Shown: positions 44,711 through 53,966, numbered from the stretch's first letter. The stretch is 64,000 nucleotides of DNA from Acidimicrobiales bacterium (GCA_035551835.1 DASZMN010000072.1:8573-72572); one strand, 5' to 3'. Notes: generated from the letters alone by a model not told the origin. Numbers and translations: made by a program.

Positions 44711-45898
44711 ATGTCCACGCTCGACGCACCCGTCTTCGACGCCGACAACCACTACTACGAGGCGCTCGATGCGTTCACCCGCCATCTCGACCCCTCGCTC
44801 GGGCCGCGGGTGATCGAATGGGTCGAGATCGGTGGCCGGCGCTACCACTCGCTCGGCGGGCGGGTCAGCCGCGCCGTGACCAACCCGACGTTCAATCCGA
44901 TCTCGCCGGCCGGCGCACTGTTCGACTACTTCCGCGGCAACCCCAACGGCGTGCCGATACACGAGCTGATGGGCACGCCCGAGCCGATCCGGCCCGAGTA
45001 CCGCGACCGTGACGCCCGGCTGGCATCGATGGACACGCAAGGCCTGGCGCAGGTCTGGCTCTTCCCCACCTTGGGCATGCTCTACGAGGAGGCGCTCAAG
45101 GAGGACCCCGAGGCGGTGGTGCTCCTGTTCCGCGCCTTCAACCGCTGGCTGGCCGAGGACTGGGGCATGGCGTACCGGGACCGCATCTTCGCCTCCCCCT
45201 ACGTCACCCTGGCCAGCGTCGACGAGGCCGTGCGCGAGCTGGAGTGGGCCCTCGACCAGGACGCGCGCACCGTCGTGCTGCGTGCCGCTGCGCCGGTCAC
45301 CGCGGCCGGCCCGCTCTCGCCGGCGGCCAACGAGTTCGACCCCTTCTGGGCGCGGGTCAACGAGTCGGGCATCACGGTCGTGGTGCACGCCGGGGACGCC
45401 GGCCTGTCCTCGAACGGCTACGCGCCCGAGGGGTTCTCGGCCTCGTTCAAGGGCGGGGGGCCGGCGCGGCCGAACATCAAGATGTTCGCCATCGAGCGGG
45501 CGGCGCACGACTGGCTGGCCACGCTCATCTTGGAGAAATTGTTCGACCGGTTCCCCAACGTGCGCATCGCCTCGGTCGAGAACGGCTCGGAGTTCCTCGC
45601 TCCCCTCTTCCGCAAAATGCGCACGACGGCGCGCCGCATGCCCGGCTACTTCGCCGAGGACCCGGTCGACACCTTCCGGCGCCACGTCTGGATCAACCCC
45701 TTCTGGGAGGACGACGTCGACGAGATCGTGGACCTGATGGGCGACGACCGCGTCATCTTCGGGTCGGACTGGCCCCACGTGGAGGGGCTGCCCGAGCCAA
45801 CCGACTGGGTCACCGAGCTGCAGAAGCTCCCACCCGAGGCCGTGCGCAAGATCATGGGTGCCAACACGTCCGAGCTCAACGTCCGGAGGCCTGCATGA
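44711..45898 (+). CDS. amidohydrolase 2 family protein (actinobacterial type)
   Basis: MSTLDAPVFDADNHYYE N-terminus and C-terminal VIFGSDWPHVEG. SD GGGAAGG. Confidence 0.8.
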   Translation: MSTLDAPVFDADNHYYEALDAFTRHLDPSLGPRVIEWVEIGGRRYHSLGGRVSRAVTNPTFNPISPAGALFDYFRGNPNGVPIHELMGTPEPIRPEYRDRDARLASMDTQGLAQVWLFPTLGMLYEEALKEDPEAVVLLFRAFNRWLAEDWGMAYRDRIFASPYVTLASVDEAVRELEWALDQDARTVVLRAAAPVTAAGPLSPAANEFDPFWARVNESGITVVVHAGDAGLSSNGYAPEGFSASFKGGGPARPNIKMFAIERAAHDWLATLILEKLFDRFPNVRIASVENGSEFLAPLFRKMRTTARRMPGYFAEDPVDTFRRHVWINPFWEDDVDEIVDLMGDDRVIFGSDWPHVEGLPEPTDWVTELQKLPPEAVRKIMGANTSELNVRRPA

Positions 45899-47397
45899 CC
45901 GAGGTGGTGGACCGTAACGAGGTGGTGGGCGTGAACGAATCGGCGAACCCGCCGGTGGGGGCGCAGATCGACCCGCACGTCATTGTGATGTTCGGGGCGA
46001 CGGGCGACCTGGCGGCGCGCAAGCTGCTTCCCGGCCTGCTCCACCTGTCGATGTCGGGCATGTTGCCCGACTACCGCATCGTCGGCAGCTCCACGCGCCA
46101 GATGACCGACGAGGAGTTCCGGCACCTGGCCCGCCTGGCGTGCGACCAGTACTTCACGGGCAAGATCTCTCTGCTCCAGTGGGCCAACTTCGAGAAGCGG
46201 CTCACCTTCGTGTCGACGTCCGCCGGGGCGCAGGCCCTGGCCGACCACGTGGGGGAGGCCGAGAAGTCCATCGGGAGCGACCAGGTGCGCCGGCTGCACT
46301 ACCTGAGCATCCCCCCGGCGGCTGACCGCGACGTGATCCAGATGATCGCCGACGCCAAGCTCGTCGAGCGGTCCCGCGTCGTGATGGAGAAGCCGTTCGG
46401 CACCGACCTGGCTTCCGCGGTGGCGCTCAACGACATGCTCCACCAGTACTTCGACGAGGAGCAGATCTTCCGCATCGACCACTTCCTGGGCAAGGAGGCG
46501 GTCCAGAACATCTTGGCCTTCCGCTTCGCCAACGGCCTCTTCGAGCCCATCTGGAACCGCGATCACATCGACCACGTGCAGATCGACGTGCCCGAGACGC
46601 TCGGCGTCGACGACCGCGTCGGGTTCTACGAGGCGACGGGTGCGTTCAAGGACATGGTGGTGACACATCTCTTCCAGATCCTCGGGTTCATGGCCATGGA
46701 GCCGCCGACGGCCCTGGCGCCCGACCCCATCGGTGAGGAGAAGAACAAGGTGTTCCGCTCCATGCTCCCGCTCGACGTCACCCAGGTCGTGCGCGGTCAG
46801 TACGAGGGCTACCGCGACATCCCCGGCGTGGCGCCCGACTCCGACTGCGAGACGTTCGTGGCGCTGCGCTGCGAGATCGACAACTGGCGCTGGGCCGGTG
46901 TGCCCTTCTTTCTCCGCACGGGTAAGCAGATGGGGGGCGGCGAGCGCATCATCTCGATCGCGTTCCGCGAGCCACCCAAGTCGATGTTCTCCGAGAGCTC
47001 GGGCGTGGGCGCCCAGGGCCCCGACCACCTCACTTTCGATCTGGCCGACTCATCCAAGCTCTCGCTCTCGTTCTACGGCAAGCGGCCCGGCGCCGGCATG
47101 AGGCTCGAGAAGCTGTCGCTGCAGTTCGCGCTGCACGAGACGGGTCAGGACGCCGACGTGCTCGAGGCCTACGAGCGCCTGATCCACGACGCCATGGTCG
47201 GGGACCACACGCTGTTCAACACGGCCGAGGGGATCGAGCGGCTGTGGGAGGTGTCGACGCCGCTGCTCGAGAACCCGCCGCCCGTCGAGCAGTACGCCAA
47301 GGGGAGCTGGGGCCCGCCCGCGATCAACGACCTCGTGGCGCCCCGGACCTGGCGCCTGCCGTTCGAGCGGCGCTGGCGCTCGTCGACGCGGCCCTAG
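45895..47397 (+). CDS. zwf: glucose-6-phosphate 1-dehydrogenase
   Basis: MFGATGDLAARKL (GxxGDLA), EKPFGTDL, RIDHFLGKE. ATGA overlap with the amidohydrolase gene. Confidence 0.92.
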   Translation: MTEVVDRNEVVGVNESANPPVGAQIDPHVIVMFGATGDLAARKLLPGLLHLSMSGMLPDYRIVGSSTRQMTDEEFRHLARLACDQYFTGKISLLQWANFEKRLTFVSTSAGAQALADHVGEAEKSIGSDQVRRLHYLSIPPAADRDVIQMIADAKLVERSRVVMEKPFGTDLASAVALNDMLHQYFDEEQIFRIDHFLGKEAVQNILAFRFANGLFEPIWNRDHIDHVQIDVPETLGVDDRVGFYEATGAFKDMVVTHLFQILGFMAMEPPTALAPDPIGEEKNKVFRSMLPLDVTQVVRGQYEGYRDIPGVAPDSDCETFVALRCEIDNWRWAGVPFFLRTGKQMGGGERIISIAFREPPKSMFSESSGVGAQGPDHLTFDLADSSKLSLSFYGKRPGAGMRLEKLSLQFALHETGQDADVLEAYERLIHDAMVGDHTLFNTAEGIERLWEVSTPLLENPPPVEQYAKGSWGPPAINDLVAPRTWRLPFERRWRSSTRP

Positions 47398-47448
47398 GCG
47401 CAGACTCTGTCGGGCTCGTCGGCGCGCAACGGCGTCGGGAGCGAAGGC

Positions 47449-48417
47449 TCAGGGGGCGAGCAGGACCCGCCCGAAGGCCTGGCGGCTCTCGATGTAGGCG
47501 TGCGCCCCCGCCGCGTCGGACAGCGGAAAGATGCGGTCGATCACGACCTTGAGCTCGCCACGGGCGATGGCGTCGAGGTGTCGGGCGATCATGGCGTGGG
47601 TTCCCGGGACGAGGAGCAGCTCCGCCCCGAGGAAGTAGCCCGACAGGGTCTGGTTGTTGGGTCGCATGTTCGAGATGTCGACCTGCTCGGCCCGCGCCCG
47701 GCCGGCGTCGCCCACGCTCACGCAGCGGCCGCGGTACGCCAGCGCGTTGATGCTGCCCTGCAACGTCGCACCACCCACCGAGTCGACGATGACGTCGACA
47801 CCGCGACCGTCGGTCAGGCGGCGGGCCTCGGCAACGAAATCATGCGTGACGTAGTTGATGCCCTCGTCGAGGCCCAGCTCCTTCAGCCGCTCGAGGCGGT
47901 CATCGCTCGACGCCGTCGACAACACGCGTGCGCCGGCGCGCTTGGCCATCTGGATCGCCGCGATGCCGACGCCACCGGCGCCGGCGTGTATCAGCGCCGT
48001 CTCCCCCGCCTGCAGCCGGCCGAATTCGAAGAGACACCCGTCGGCGGTGCCGAACGGCACCGGCACGCAGGCCGCGTCGTCCGTGCTGACGCCGTCGGGG
48101 ATCTTCCAGGCGAAGCCGGCGGGCACCGCCCGGCGCGCGGCGTGCGAGCCGTCGACCCCCACCGTCACGGCGCGGTCCCCCGCCGCGAAGCCCTGGACGT
48201 CGGCCCCGACCTCGGCCACCGTGCCGGCGGCCTGGTAGCCGACGATGTGCGGCACGCGGGCCAGTTCGCCACCCAGACGGCTGAGCGTGTCGCCGCCCTC
48301 GATGCTCACCGCCGCGACGTCGATCAGGATGTCACCGGGGCCGGCCACCGGGTCGGGCACGTCCTCGTAGCGGAAGACGTCGGGCGCCCCCGTCTCGTAG
48401 TACACCGCAGCCTTCAT
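47449..48417 (-). CDS. zinc-type alcohol dehydrogenase-like NADPH:quinone oxidoreductase (MDR family)
   Basis: MKAAVYYETGAPDVFRYEDVPDP N-terminus and HAGAGGVGIAAIQ Rossmann motif. ATGA overlap with the BVMO stop. Confidence 0.85.
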   Translation of the reverse strand: MKAAVYYETGAPDVFRYEDVPDPVAGPGDILIDVAAVSIEGGDTLSRLGGELARVPHIVGYQAAGTVAEVGADVQGFAAGDRAVTVGVDGSHAARRAVPAGFAWKIPDGVSTDDAACVPVPFGTADGCLFEFGRLQAGETALIHAGAGGVGIAAIQMAKRAGARVLSTASSDDRLERLKELGLDEGINYVTHDFVAEARRLTDGRGVDVIVDSVGGATLQGSINALAYRGRCVSVGDAGRARAEQVDISNMRPNNQTLSGYFLGAELLLVPGTHAMIARHLDAIARGELKVVIDRIFPLSDAAGAHAYIESRQAFGRVLLAP

Positions 48418-49898
48418 ACGCGTTCGTAGTCCTCCATCTCGAATTGCTTCGTTCTCTCGGCATACCACAGAGAGGTCTGCGGCAGCTGGGTCGCGATCCT
48501 TCCGCTGGCGTTCTTGAAGTAGCTCTGACAGCCGTGATGCCAGACCGTGCCTTCGAGCGCGACGTGCAGTTCGTCGTTGTAGCGACCCATCACGTCAGGC
48601 TTGACCTCGACCGCTGCCACGCCAGCGTCGCGCATCGCGTCGAGTGCGCTGACCACATAGGCGGCCTGCGCCTCGAGGATCAAGATGATCGAGTTGCCCC
48701 CCTGGTTCGTGTTCGGCCCGTACATCATGAAGAAGTTCGGATACCCGGTGACGGAGAGGCCCAGGTAGGCATGGGCCACCTCGGCCCAGTCGTCGTGCAA
48801 CAGGCGGCCCCCGGTGCCGACGACCTCGATGCCCTCGAGGTACTCGGTCGCCTTGAACCCGGTCGCCAGGACGATGGCGTCGACCGTCCGTTCGGTTCCG
48901 TCGGCCGTCACAACGGCGCCGGGGGTCACGTGGTCGATGGGCTCGGTGATGATGTCGACGTTGTCCCGGAGCACCGCCTTGTAGAAATCGCTGCACACGA
49001 GCGTCCGCTTGCAGCCGAACTCATAGTTCGGCGTCAGCTTGGCTTTGAGCGCCTCGTCCTTGATCCGGTAGTCGATGTGGCTCAGCGCGATTTCGCGTAG
49101 TCGGTCGGCGGTCGGGTCGTCGACGCGGAAGGCGATGGTGTTCTCGTAGGCCCAGAAGATCTCCTCGCGGTGTTGCTCCATGGCCTCGCGGTTCTTGGCA
49201 AAGAGCTGCTTCTCCTCTTCGCTGAACGGCTTGTCGCGCCGGGGCAGGATCCACTGCGGCGTCCGTTGGTAGACGTCGACCCGTGCTGCAACCTTGGCCA
49301 GCTCGGGCACGATCTGGGCCGAGCTCGCCCCTGTTCCGACGACCGCCACCCGCCGGCCTGACAGGTCGTGCTGGTGCTCCCAGCGCGCCGAGTGGAAGCA
49401 CGGGCCGGCGAAGCAGTCGAGGCCCGCGGTGTCGGGGTACGACGGCGTCGTAAACGTCCCGATGGCACTCACCACGACATCGGCGGTATAGCGGCCGCCT
49501 TCGTGATCGGACAACCGCCAGTGCCTCGCGCCCGCATCCCACTGCGCCGAGACGATCCGCACACCGGTACGCAGGTGGGTACGGACGCCCCAGCGGTCGG
49601 CACACTCCTCGAAGTACCGCAGGATCTCGGGCTGCTGGGCGTACGTCTTGCTCCAATCGGGCTTGAGCGCGAAGGAGTACGAGTACAGGTGCGAGGGCAC
49701 GTCACAGGCCGCGCCGGGGTAGGTGTTCACCCGCCAGGTGCCACCGACGCCGTCGGTCGCCTCGAACACCACGAAGTCGCGCCGGCCCGACTCCACCAGC
49801 GAGATCGCGAGCCCCAACCCGCCGGGCCCGGCTCCGATGATCGCCACCTGCCAGTGCGACGGGCCGTCCTCGTGTCCGGGCGGGTCCATGGTGCTCAC
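48414..49898 (-). CDS. Baeyer-Villiger type flavin-containing monooxygenase
   Basis: IIGAGPGGLG (FAD), BVMO fingerprint FAGPCFHSARW (FxGxxxHxxxW), VVGTGASSAQ (NADPH). Confidence 0.88.
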   Translation of the reverse strand: MSTMDPPGHEDGPSHWQVAIIGAGPGGLGLAISLVESGRRDFVVFEATDGVGGTWRVNTYPGAACDVPSHLYSYSFALKPDWSKTYAQQPEILRYFEECADRWGVRTHLRTGVRIVSAQWDAGARHWRLSDHEGGRYTADVVVSAIGTFTTPSYPDTAGLDCFAGPCFHSARWEHQHDLSGRRVAVVGTGASSAQIVPELAKVAARVDVYQRTPQWILPRRDKPFSEEEKQLFAKNREAMEQHREEIFWAYENTIAFRVDDPTADRLREIALSHIDYRIKDEALKAKLTPNYEFGCKRTLVCSDFYKAVLRDNVDIITEPIDHVTPGAVVTADGTERTVDAIVLATGFKATEYLEGIEVVGTGGRLLHDDWAEVAHAYLGLSVTGYPNFFMMYGPNTNQGGNSIILILEAQAAYVVSALDAMRDAGVAAVEVKPDVMGRYNDELHVALEGTVWHHGCQSYFKNASGRIATQLPQTSLWYAERTKQFEMEDYERV

Positions 49899-50356
49899 GG
49901 GTCGCCTCGGGTCAAGCCGTCGAGCGTGGAGCGGGCGGCGGTGTCCATCAGCTCGACCCGCACACCGTCGGGGTCGTAGACGACGGCAAGACGGGTGGGG
50001 CCCAGGTCAGCCACCTTTATCTCGCCTCCGATGTCGAGAGCCGCGAGCCGCGGCAGGACCTCGTCGAGGTCGGCAAAGAGGGAAAGCAGGAAGAAGCCGT
50101 CGGCCGGGCTCGAAATGGCCCTGTCCGTCGCCGCCGCGCCCTCGGTCGCGACCAGCTCGACGATGCCGCTGTCCCCCGTCGACGCGTCACCGAGGAAGAC
50201 CGAGCGCAGTTTCGTCGAGCCCGTCCCGAACAGCTCCGGCCAGGGGCCCTCGAAGGTCTCGTCCATGATGACATCGAGGCCCAAGCCGTCGCGCCAGAAC
50301 ACGAGGCTGGCTTCGACGTCATGCGTCACGATCGCTGAGTGGTGCACCTTCGCCAC
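49895..50356 (-). CDS. VOC/glyoxalase family protein
   Basis: 153 aa from GTG 50356 (GGAGG upstream): VAKVHHSAIVTHDVEASLVFWRDGLGL. Its stop overlaps the BVMO ATG. Confidence 0.7.
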   Translation of the reverse strand: MAKVHHSAIVTHDVEASLVFWRDGLGLDVIMDETFEGPWPELFGTGSTKLRSVFLGDASTGDSGIVELVATEGAAATDRAISSPADGFFLLSLFADLDEVLPRLAALDIGGEIKVADLGPTRLAVVYDPDGVRVELMDTAARSTLDGLTRGDP

Positions 50357-50434
50357 TGGGCCTCCGAGCTTGGGAACGAGCCAGAGTCTGTCACCGCCCG
50401 CCGGGTACGGTCTGGCCCGGACACTCCGGGCGAT

Positions 50435-50472
50435 GTGGGACGTGGGACGTGGGACGTGGGACGTGGGACGTG
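50435..50472. repeat. 7-bp tandem repeat GTGGGAC x5 (+ partial) in a divergent promoter region
   Basis: gtgggac gtgggac gtgggac gtgggac gtgggac gtg, between the VOC-BVMO operon (start 50356, minus) and the SDR gene (start 50495, plus). Confidence 0.9.
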
Positions 50473-50494
50473 AGTTCGAAGGGAGGCAAGGCAC

Positions 50495-51280
50495 ATGGGC
50501 GACGCGAGCGAAGGCCTCGCACTGGTGATCGGTGGCGCGTCCGGCATCGGGGCCGCCCTGGTCGAGGCGTACCGGACGGGGGGCACGCCGGTGGCGACAT
50601 GGGACGTGGCCGGCGACCCGGACATCACGTGTGACGTCGCCGACCCCGCCGCGGTCGACGCGGCGGTCGAGGAGACCCAACGGCGATTCGGCGTGCCGAC
50701 CGCGGTCACCGTGACGGCCGGCGTCGGGCACGGCGGCCTGCTCCTCGACGTCGACCCGGCGGAATTCGACCGCGTGATGACGGTGAACACCCGCGGGCCG
50801 TTGCTGTGCCTGCGAGGGTGGGCCCGCGTCCTGCGGGCCGAGCAGCGGAGCGGCTCTCTGGTCGCGGTGTCGAGCATCAGCGCGCGGCTGGCCGACCGGG
50901 CCATGGGCGTCTACTGCGCGTCGAAGGCCGCTCTCTCCATGTTGGTGCGGGTGGCGGCGGACGAGTGGGGTCCCGATGGCCTTCGGGTCAACGCCGTGGC
51001 GCCGGGCGTGACGCGGACGCCGATGCTCGGTCGCGGGCCTGTGGTGAGCGTGGAGGGCTCGCCGTGGCTGGCCGGGGTGGCCGGGCGCACGACCCTGGGC
51101 CGACTCGGCGAGGCCGACGACGTCGCCCTGGTCATCCTGGCCGTCCACGGGATGGACTGGGTGACCGGCCAGGTGATCGAGTGCGACGGTGGCCTGTCGC
51201 TGCGCAGTCCGATCGACTCCTATGGCGAGGGCCTGCGCGCCCTCCCGTCGGGGCGGTCGGCATCTCGACCAAGCGCCTGA
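50495..51280 (+). CDS. short-chain dehydrogenase/reductase (SDR)
   Basis: IGGASGIGAAL, YCASKAAL (YxxxK), NAVAPG. SD GAAGGGAGG. Confidence 0.85.
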   Translation: MGDASEGLALVIGGASGIGAALVEAYRTGGTPVATWDVAGDPDITCDVADPAAVDAAVEETQRRFGVPTAVTVTAGVGHGGLLLDVDPAEFDRVMTVNTRGPLLCLRGWARVLRAEQRSGSLVAVSSISARLADRAMGVYCASKAALSMLVRVAADEWGPDGLRVNAVAPGVTRTPMLGRGPVVSVEGSPWLAGVAGRTTLGRLGEADDVALVILAVHGMDWVTGQVIECDGGLSLRSPIDSYGEGLRALPSGRSASRPSA

Positions 51281-51509
51281 AATACCGAGCGCCCGGTGCT
51301 TCCACCGCAAGTGACTACGCGCTCCGACTAATGAAAATAAGCGAGGGCAGGCCAGATTTGCCCAAAATATAAGGGGGAGCCCGTATGCAGCCTGAGGCGA
51401 CCTCGCCCTCCTGACGAAGGCAGTCGCGGGAGAGAGATCGGCTTCGTCGCGAGCCAGCGATTGAGAGAAGTTCGAGTTTCCGCGCGCGAGGGGTGCGGTG
51501 CGGCGACCG

Positions 51510-52148
51510 TCAGCCGGTCGCCTGGGGGCGCAACCCGTCGCAGACGATGCTGAGCAGGTCGCAGGCCGCCGACGAGTCCGAATGCCCGGCGGCCTGGCAG
51601 GTTGCGCCGACGAGCGAGAGGACCACGTCCGGCGTGACGTCCGCGCGCACGGCCGCGGCGTCCTGGGCCCGGCGCAACAGGACGCCGACCGCCTCGCGCA
51701 GGTCCTGCTTGACCGGCGCGGCGGACACCTCGAATTCCAACCCGGCACCCATGACGGCGGCGATCAGGTCGCGCTTGGCCTCGCCCATGAGGACGAAGTG
51801 GTCGAGGAAGCCGAAGAAGGCGGCGGCGGGGTCCTTCGCGTCTGCCTGGGCGCGGGCGTCCTCGGTCAGGTCCCGCAGCCGCTCGAGCAGGATGGCCTCG
51901 CAGAGCTTCTCCTTGGTCGGGAAGTGCCGGTACAGCGTGCCCACGCCGACTCCGGCCTTCTCCGCGATGACGTCCACGGGGGCCTCGATGCCCTCGGAGG
52001 CGAAGACCACCTCGGCCGCATCGAGGATGCGGGCCCGGTTGCGGACGGCGTCTGCCCGCTGCGGGCGGTCCTCGCCGGTCGGCTCGTCACAGCCACCCGT
52101 TACCTTCGACTTCGGGTCCACGGAACTCACTTCCTCCCCTGTTGACAA
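51510..52148 (-). CDS. TetR family transcriptional regulator
   Basis: HTH APVDVIAEKAGVGVGTLYRHFPTKE. The maximal ORF starts at TTG 52148. GTG 52130 or 52121 (after GGGGAGGAA) are alternatives. Confidence 0.85.
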   Translation of the reverse strand: MSTGEEVSSVDPKSKVTGGCDEPTGEDRPQRADAVRNRARILDAAEVVFASEGIEAPVDVIAEKAGVGVGTLYRHFPTKEKLCEAILLERLRDLTEDARAQADAKDPAAAFFGFLDHFVLMGEAKRDLIAAVMGAGLEFEVSAAPVKQDLREAVGVLLRRAQDAAAVRADVTPDVVLSLVGATCQAAGHSDSSAACDLLSIVCDGLRPQATG

Positions 52149-52171
52149 ACGGAACTTTGGTTCCGTATAGT
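52142..52171 (+). promoter_or_regulatory. sigma70-like promoter TTGACA-18 nt-TATAGT with an embedded operator palindrome ACGGAAC-tttg-GTTCCGT
   Basis: Near-consensus hexamers. The 7-4-7 inverted repeat (52149-52166) fills the spacer. It lies between the TetR and MFS genes. Confidence 0.65.
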
Positions 52172-52268
52172 GTAAGTGGAACCTGAACTCCGATTCCGAT
52201 TGTAGGCCGTTGCGGTCGCCGAGTCCACCCTCTCCTGGTGAGAGGGCCGGCGAGCCGGAGCGGGCCTG

Positions 52269-52327
52269 GAACCGAACCGAACCGAACCGGATTCACCGGA
52301 CCACCCGCACCACCCGCACCACCAGGA
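52269..52327. repeat. short tandem repeats in the MFS 5' UTR: GAACC x4, then CCACCCGCA x2 (+ partial)
   Basis: ggaaccgaaccgaaccgaaccgg...ccacccgcaccacccgcaccaccagg, directly upstream of the SD GGAGGAG. Confidence 0.8.
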
Positions 52328-52337
52328 GGAGACCGCA

Positions 52338-53891
52338 ATGACCTCGACCCTCGACCAGCCGAACCGGGACCGCGCCGCCGCCGATGCGGGCGGCGGGCCC
52401 CAGCTGGATCCCAAGCGCTTCCGCGCCCTCGGCGTCATCGCCGTCGCCCAGCTGATGGTGGTGCTCGACGCCTCCGTCGTCATCATCGCCCTGCCGTCGG
52501 CGCAGAAGGCCCTGCACATCTCGACGGCCAACCGCCAGTGGATGCTGACGGCGTACACGCTGGCCTTCGCCGGCCTGCTGCTCCTCGGTGGGCGCATAGC
52601 CGACTACTTCGGCCGCAAGCGCATGTTCGTGGTGAGCCTGATCGGGTTCGCGGCGGCGTCCGCCCTCGGCGGGCTGGCGCAGAACTCCGCCATGCTCTTC
52701 AGCGCGCGCGCCCTGCAGGGTGCGTTCGCCGCGATCATGGCGCCCGCCGCGCTGTCCCTGCTGACGGTGGCGTTCACCGAGCCCAAGGAACGGGCGCGCG
52801 CCTTCGCCGTCTACGGCGGCATCTCGGGCGGCGGCGCCGCCATCGGCCTGATCCTCGGTGGCTTCCTCACCCAGTACGCGTCGTGGCGCTGGACGCTCCT
52901 CATCAACGTGCCCTTCGCCGTCTTCGCGGCGCTGGTGGCGCTGCGCACCGTGCGCGAGAGCCGCGGCGCGGCCAACCACGGGTACGACCTCCCCGGCGCG
53001 GTGACCGTAACCGGCGGCCTGCTCGCGCTCGTCTACGGCTTCACCAAGGCCGGCTCCGACGGCTGGGGATCGTCGACGGCGGTGGCCTTCTTCGCCGCCG
53101 CGGCCGTCCTGTTGGTTTCGTTCGTCGTGATCGAGCTGCGGGCCGAGCACCCGCTCCTCCCCATGCGGGTCGTGCTGCACCGCGACCGCGGCGGCTCGTT
53201 CCTGGCCTCGCTGCTCGTCGGCACCGCCCTCCTCGGCACGTTCCTGTCGCTGACCTACTACTTCCAGGGCACGCTGCACTACTCGGCGCTCAAGAGCGGG
53301 TTCGCCTTCCTCCCGTTCTCGCTCGGCATCATCGCCGGGGCAACGGTGGCCAGCCGGTTCCTGCCGCGCGTCGGCCCCCGGATGGTCATGGTCTCCGGGC
53401 TGGTCTTCGGCACCGCCGGGCTGTTCCTGTTGAGCACGCTCGACCCGTCCTCGACCTACGTGTCGATCGTGCTACCGGCCGAGCTCATCATCAGCCTCGG
53501 CATGGGGATGGCGTTCGTCTCCCTGAGCAGCACCGCCCTGATCGGCGTGGACCCCGTGGACGCCGGCGTCGCCAGCGCACTGGTCAACTCGACGCAGCAG
53601 ACCGGTGGGTCCATGGGCGCCGCCCTGATCAACACGATCGCCACGTCGGCGACCGCCACGTATCTCGTGGCGCACGGGCACTCGCCCGCCGCACTCGAGG
53701 CCGGTTCCATCCACGGCTACACGACGGCGTTCACCTTCAGCGGCATCGTGCTGGCGGTCGCCGCCGTCACCACCTTCGGCCTCATCCGCCGGGCGCGGGC
53801 CCAGGAGCAGACGGTGGGCGAGCTCGACGAGGAGGTCCTCGTGGAAGAGACCGAGGCCGTGGCCCTCGCCGGCGCCGGCGCCGGCATGTAG
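52338..53891 (+). CDS. MFS transporter, DHA2 (EmrB/QacA, 14-TMS) drug:H+ antiporter family
   Basis: 517 aa with about 14 TM segments. LDASVVIIALPS, GRIADYFGRKR (motif A-like) and ALQGAFAAIMAPAALS motifs. Divergent from the TetR gene. Confidence 0.9.
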   Translation: MTSTLDQPNRDRAAADAGGGPQLDPKRFRALGVIAVAQLMVVLDASVVIIALPSAQKALHISTANRQWMLTAYTLAFAGLLLLGGRIADYFGRKRMFVVSLIGFAAASALGGLAQNSAMLFSARALQGAFAAIMAPAALSLLTVAFTEPKERARAFAVYGGISGGGAAIGLILGGFLTQYASWRWTLLINVPFAVFAALVALRTVRESRGAANHGYDLPGAVTVTGGLLALVYGFTKAGSDGWGSSTAVAFFAAAAVLLVSFVVIELRAEHPLLPMRVVLHRDRGGSFLASLLVGTALLGTFLSLTYYFQGTLHYSALKSGFAFLPFSLGIIAGATVASRFLPRVGPRMVMVSGLVFGTAGLFLLSTLDPSSTYVSIVLPAELIISLGMGMAFVSLSSTALIGVDPVDAGVASALVNSTQQTGGSMGAALINTIATSATATYLVAHGHSPAALEAGSIHGYTTAFTFSGIVLAVAAVTTFGLIRRARAQEQTVGELDEEVLVEETEAVALAGAGAGM

Positions 53892-53937
53892 CCGCTCGCC
53901 TCTCACATTCTCCCGCCCCTGCCAAGGGAGACCCTCG

Positions 53938-53966
53938 GCCGCACCGGCGCTCAGCGCCGGTGCGGC
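53938..53966. terminator. perfect 13-bp GC-rich hairpin (GCCGCACCGGCGC-tca-GCGCCGGTGCGGC) between convergent genes
   Basis: The loop tca is the stop codon (TGA) of the minus-strand hydrolase gene. There is no U-tract, so it would be an I-shaped, bidirectional terminator candidate. Confidence 0.5.
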
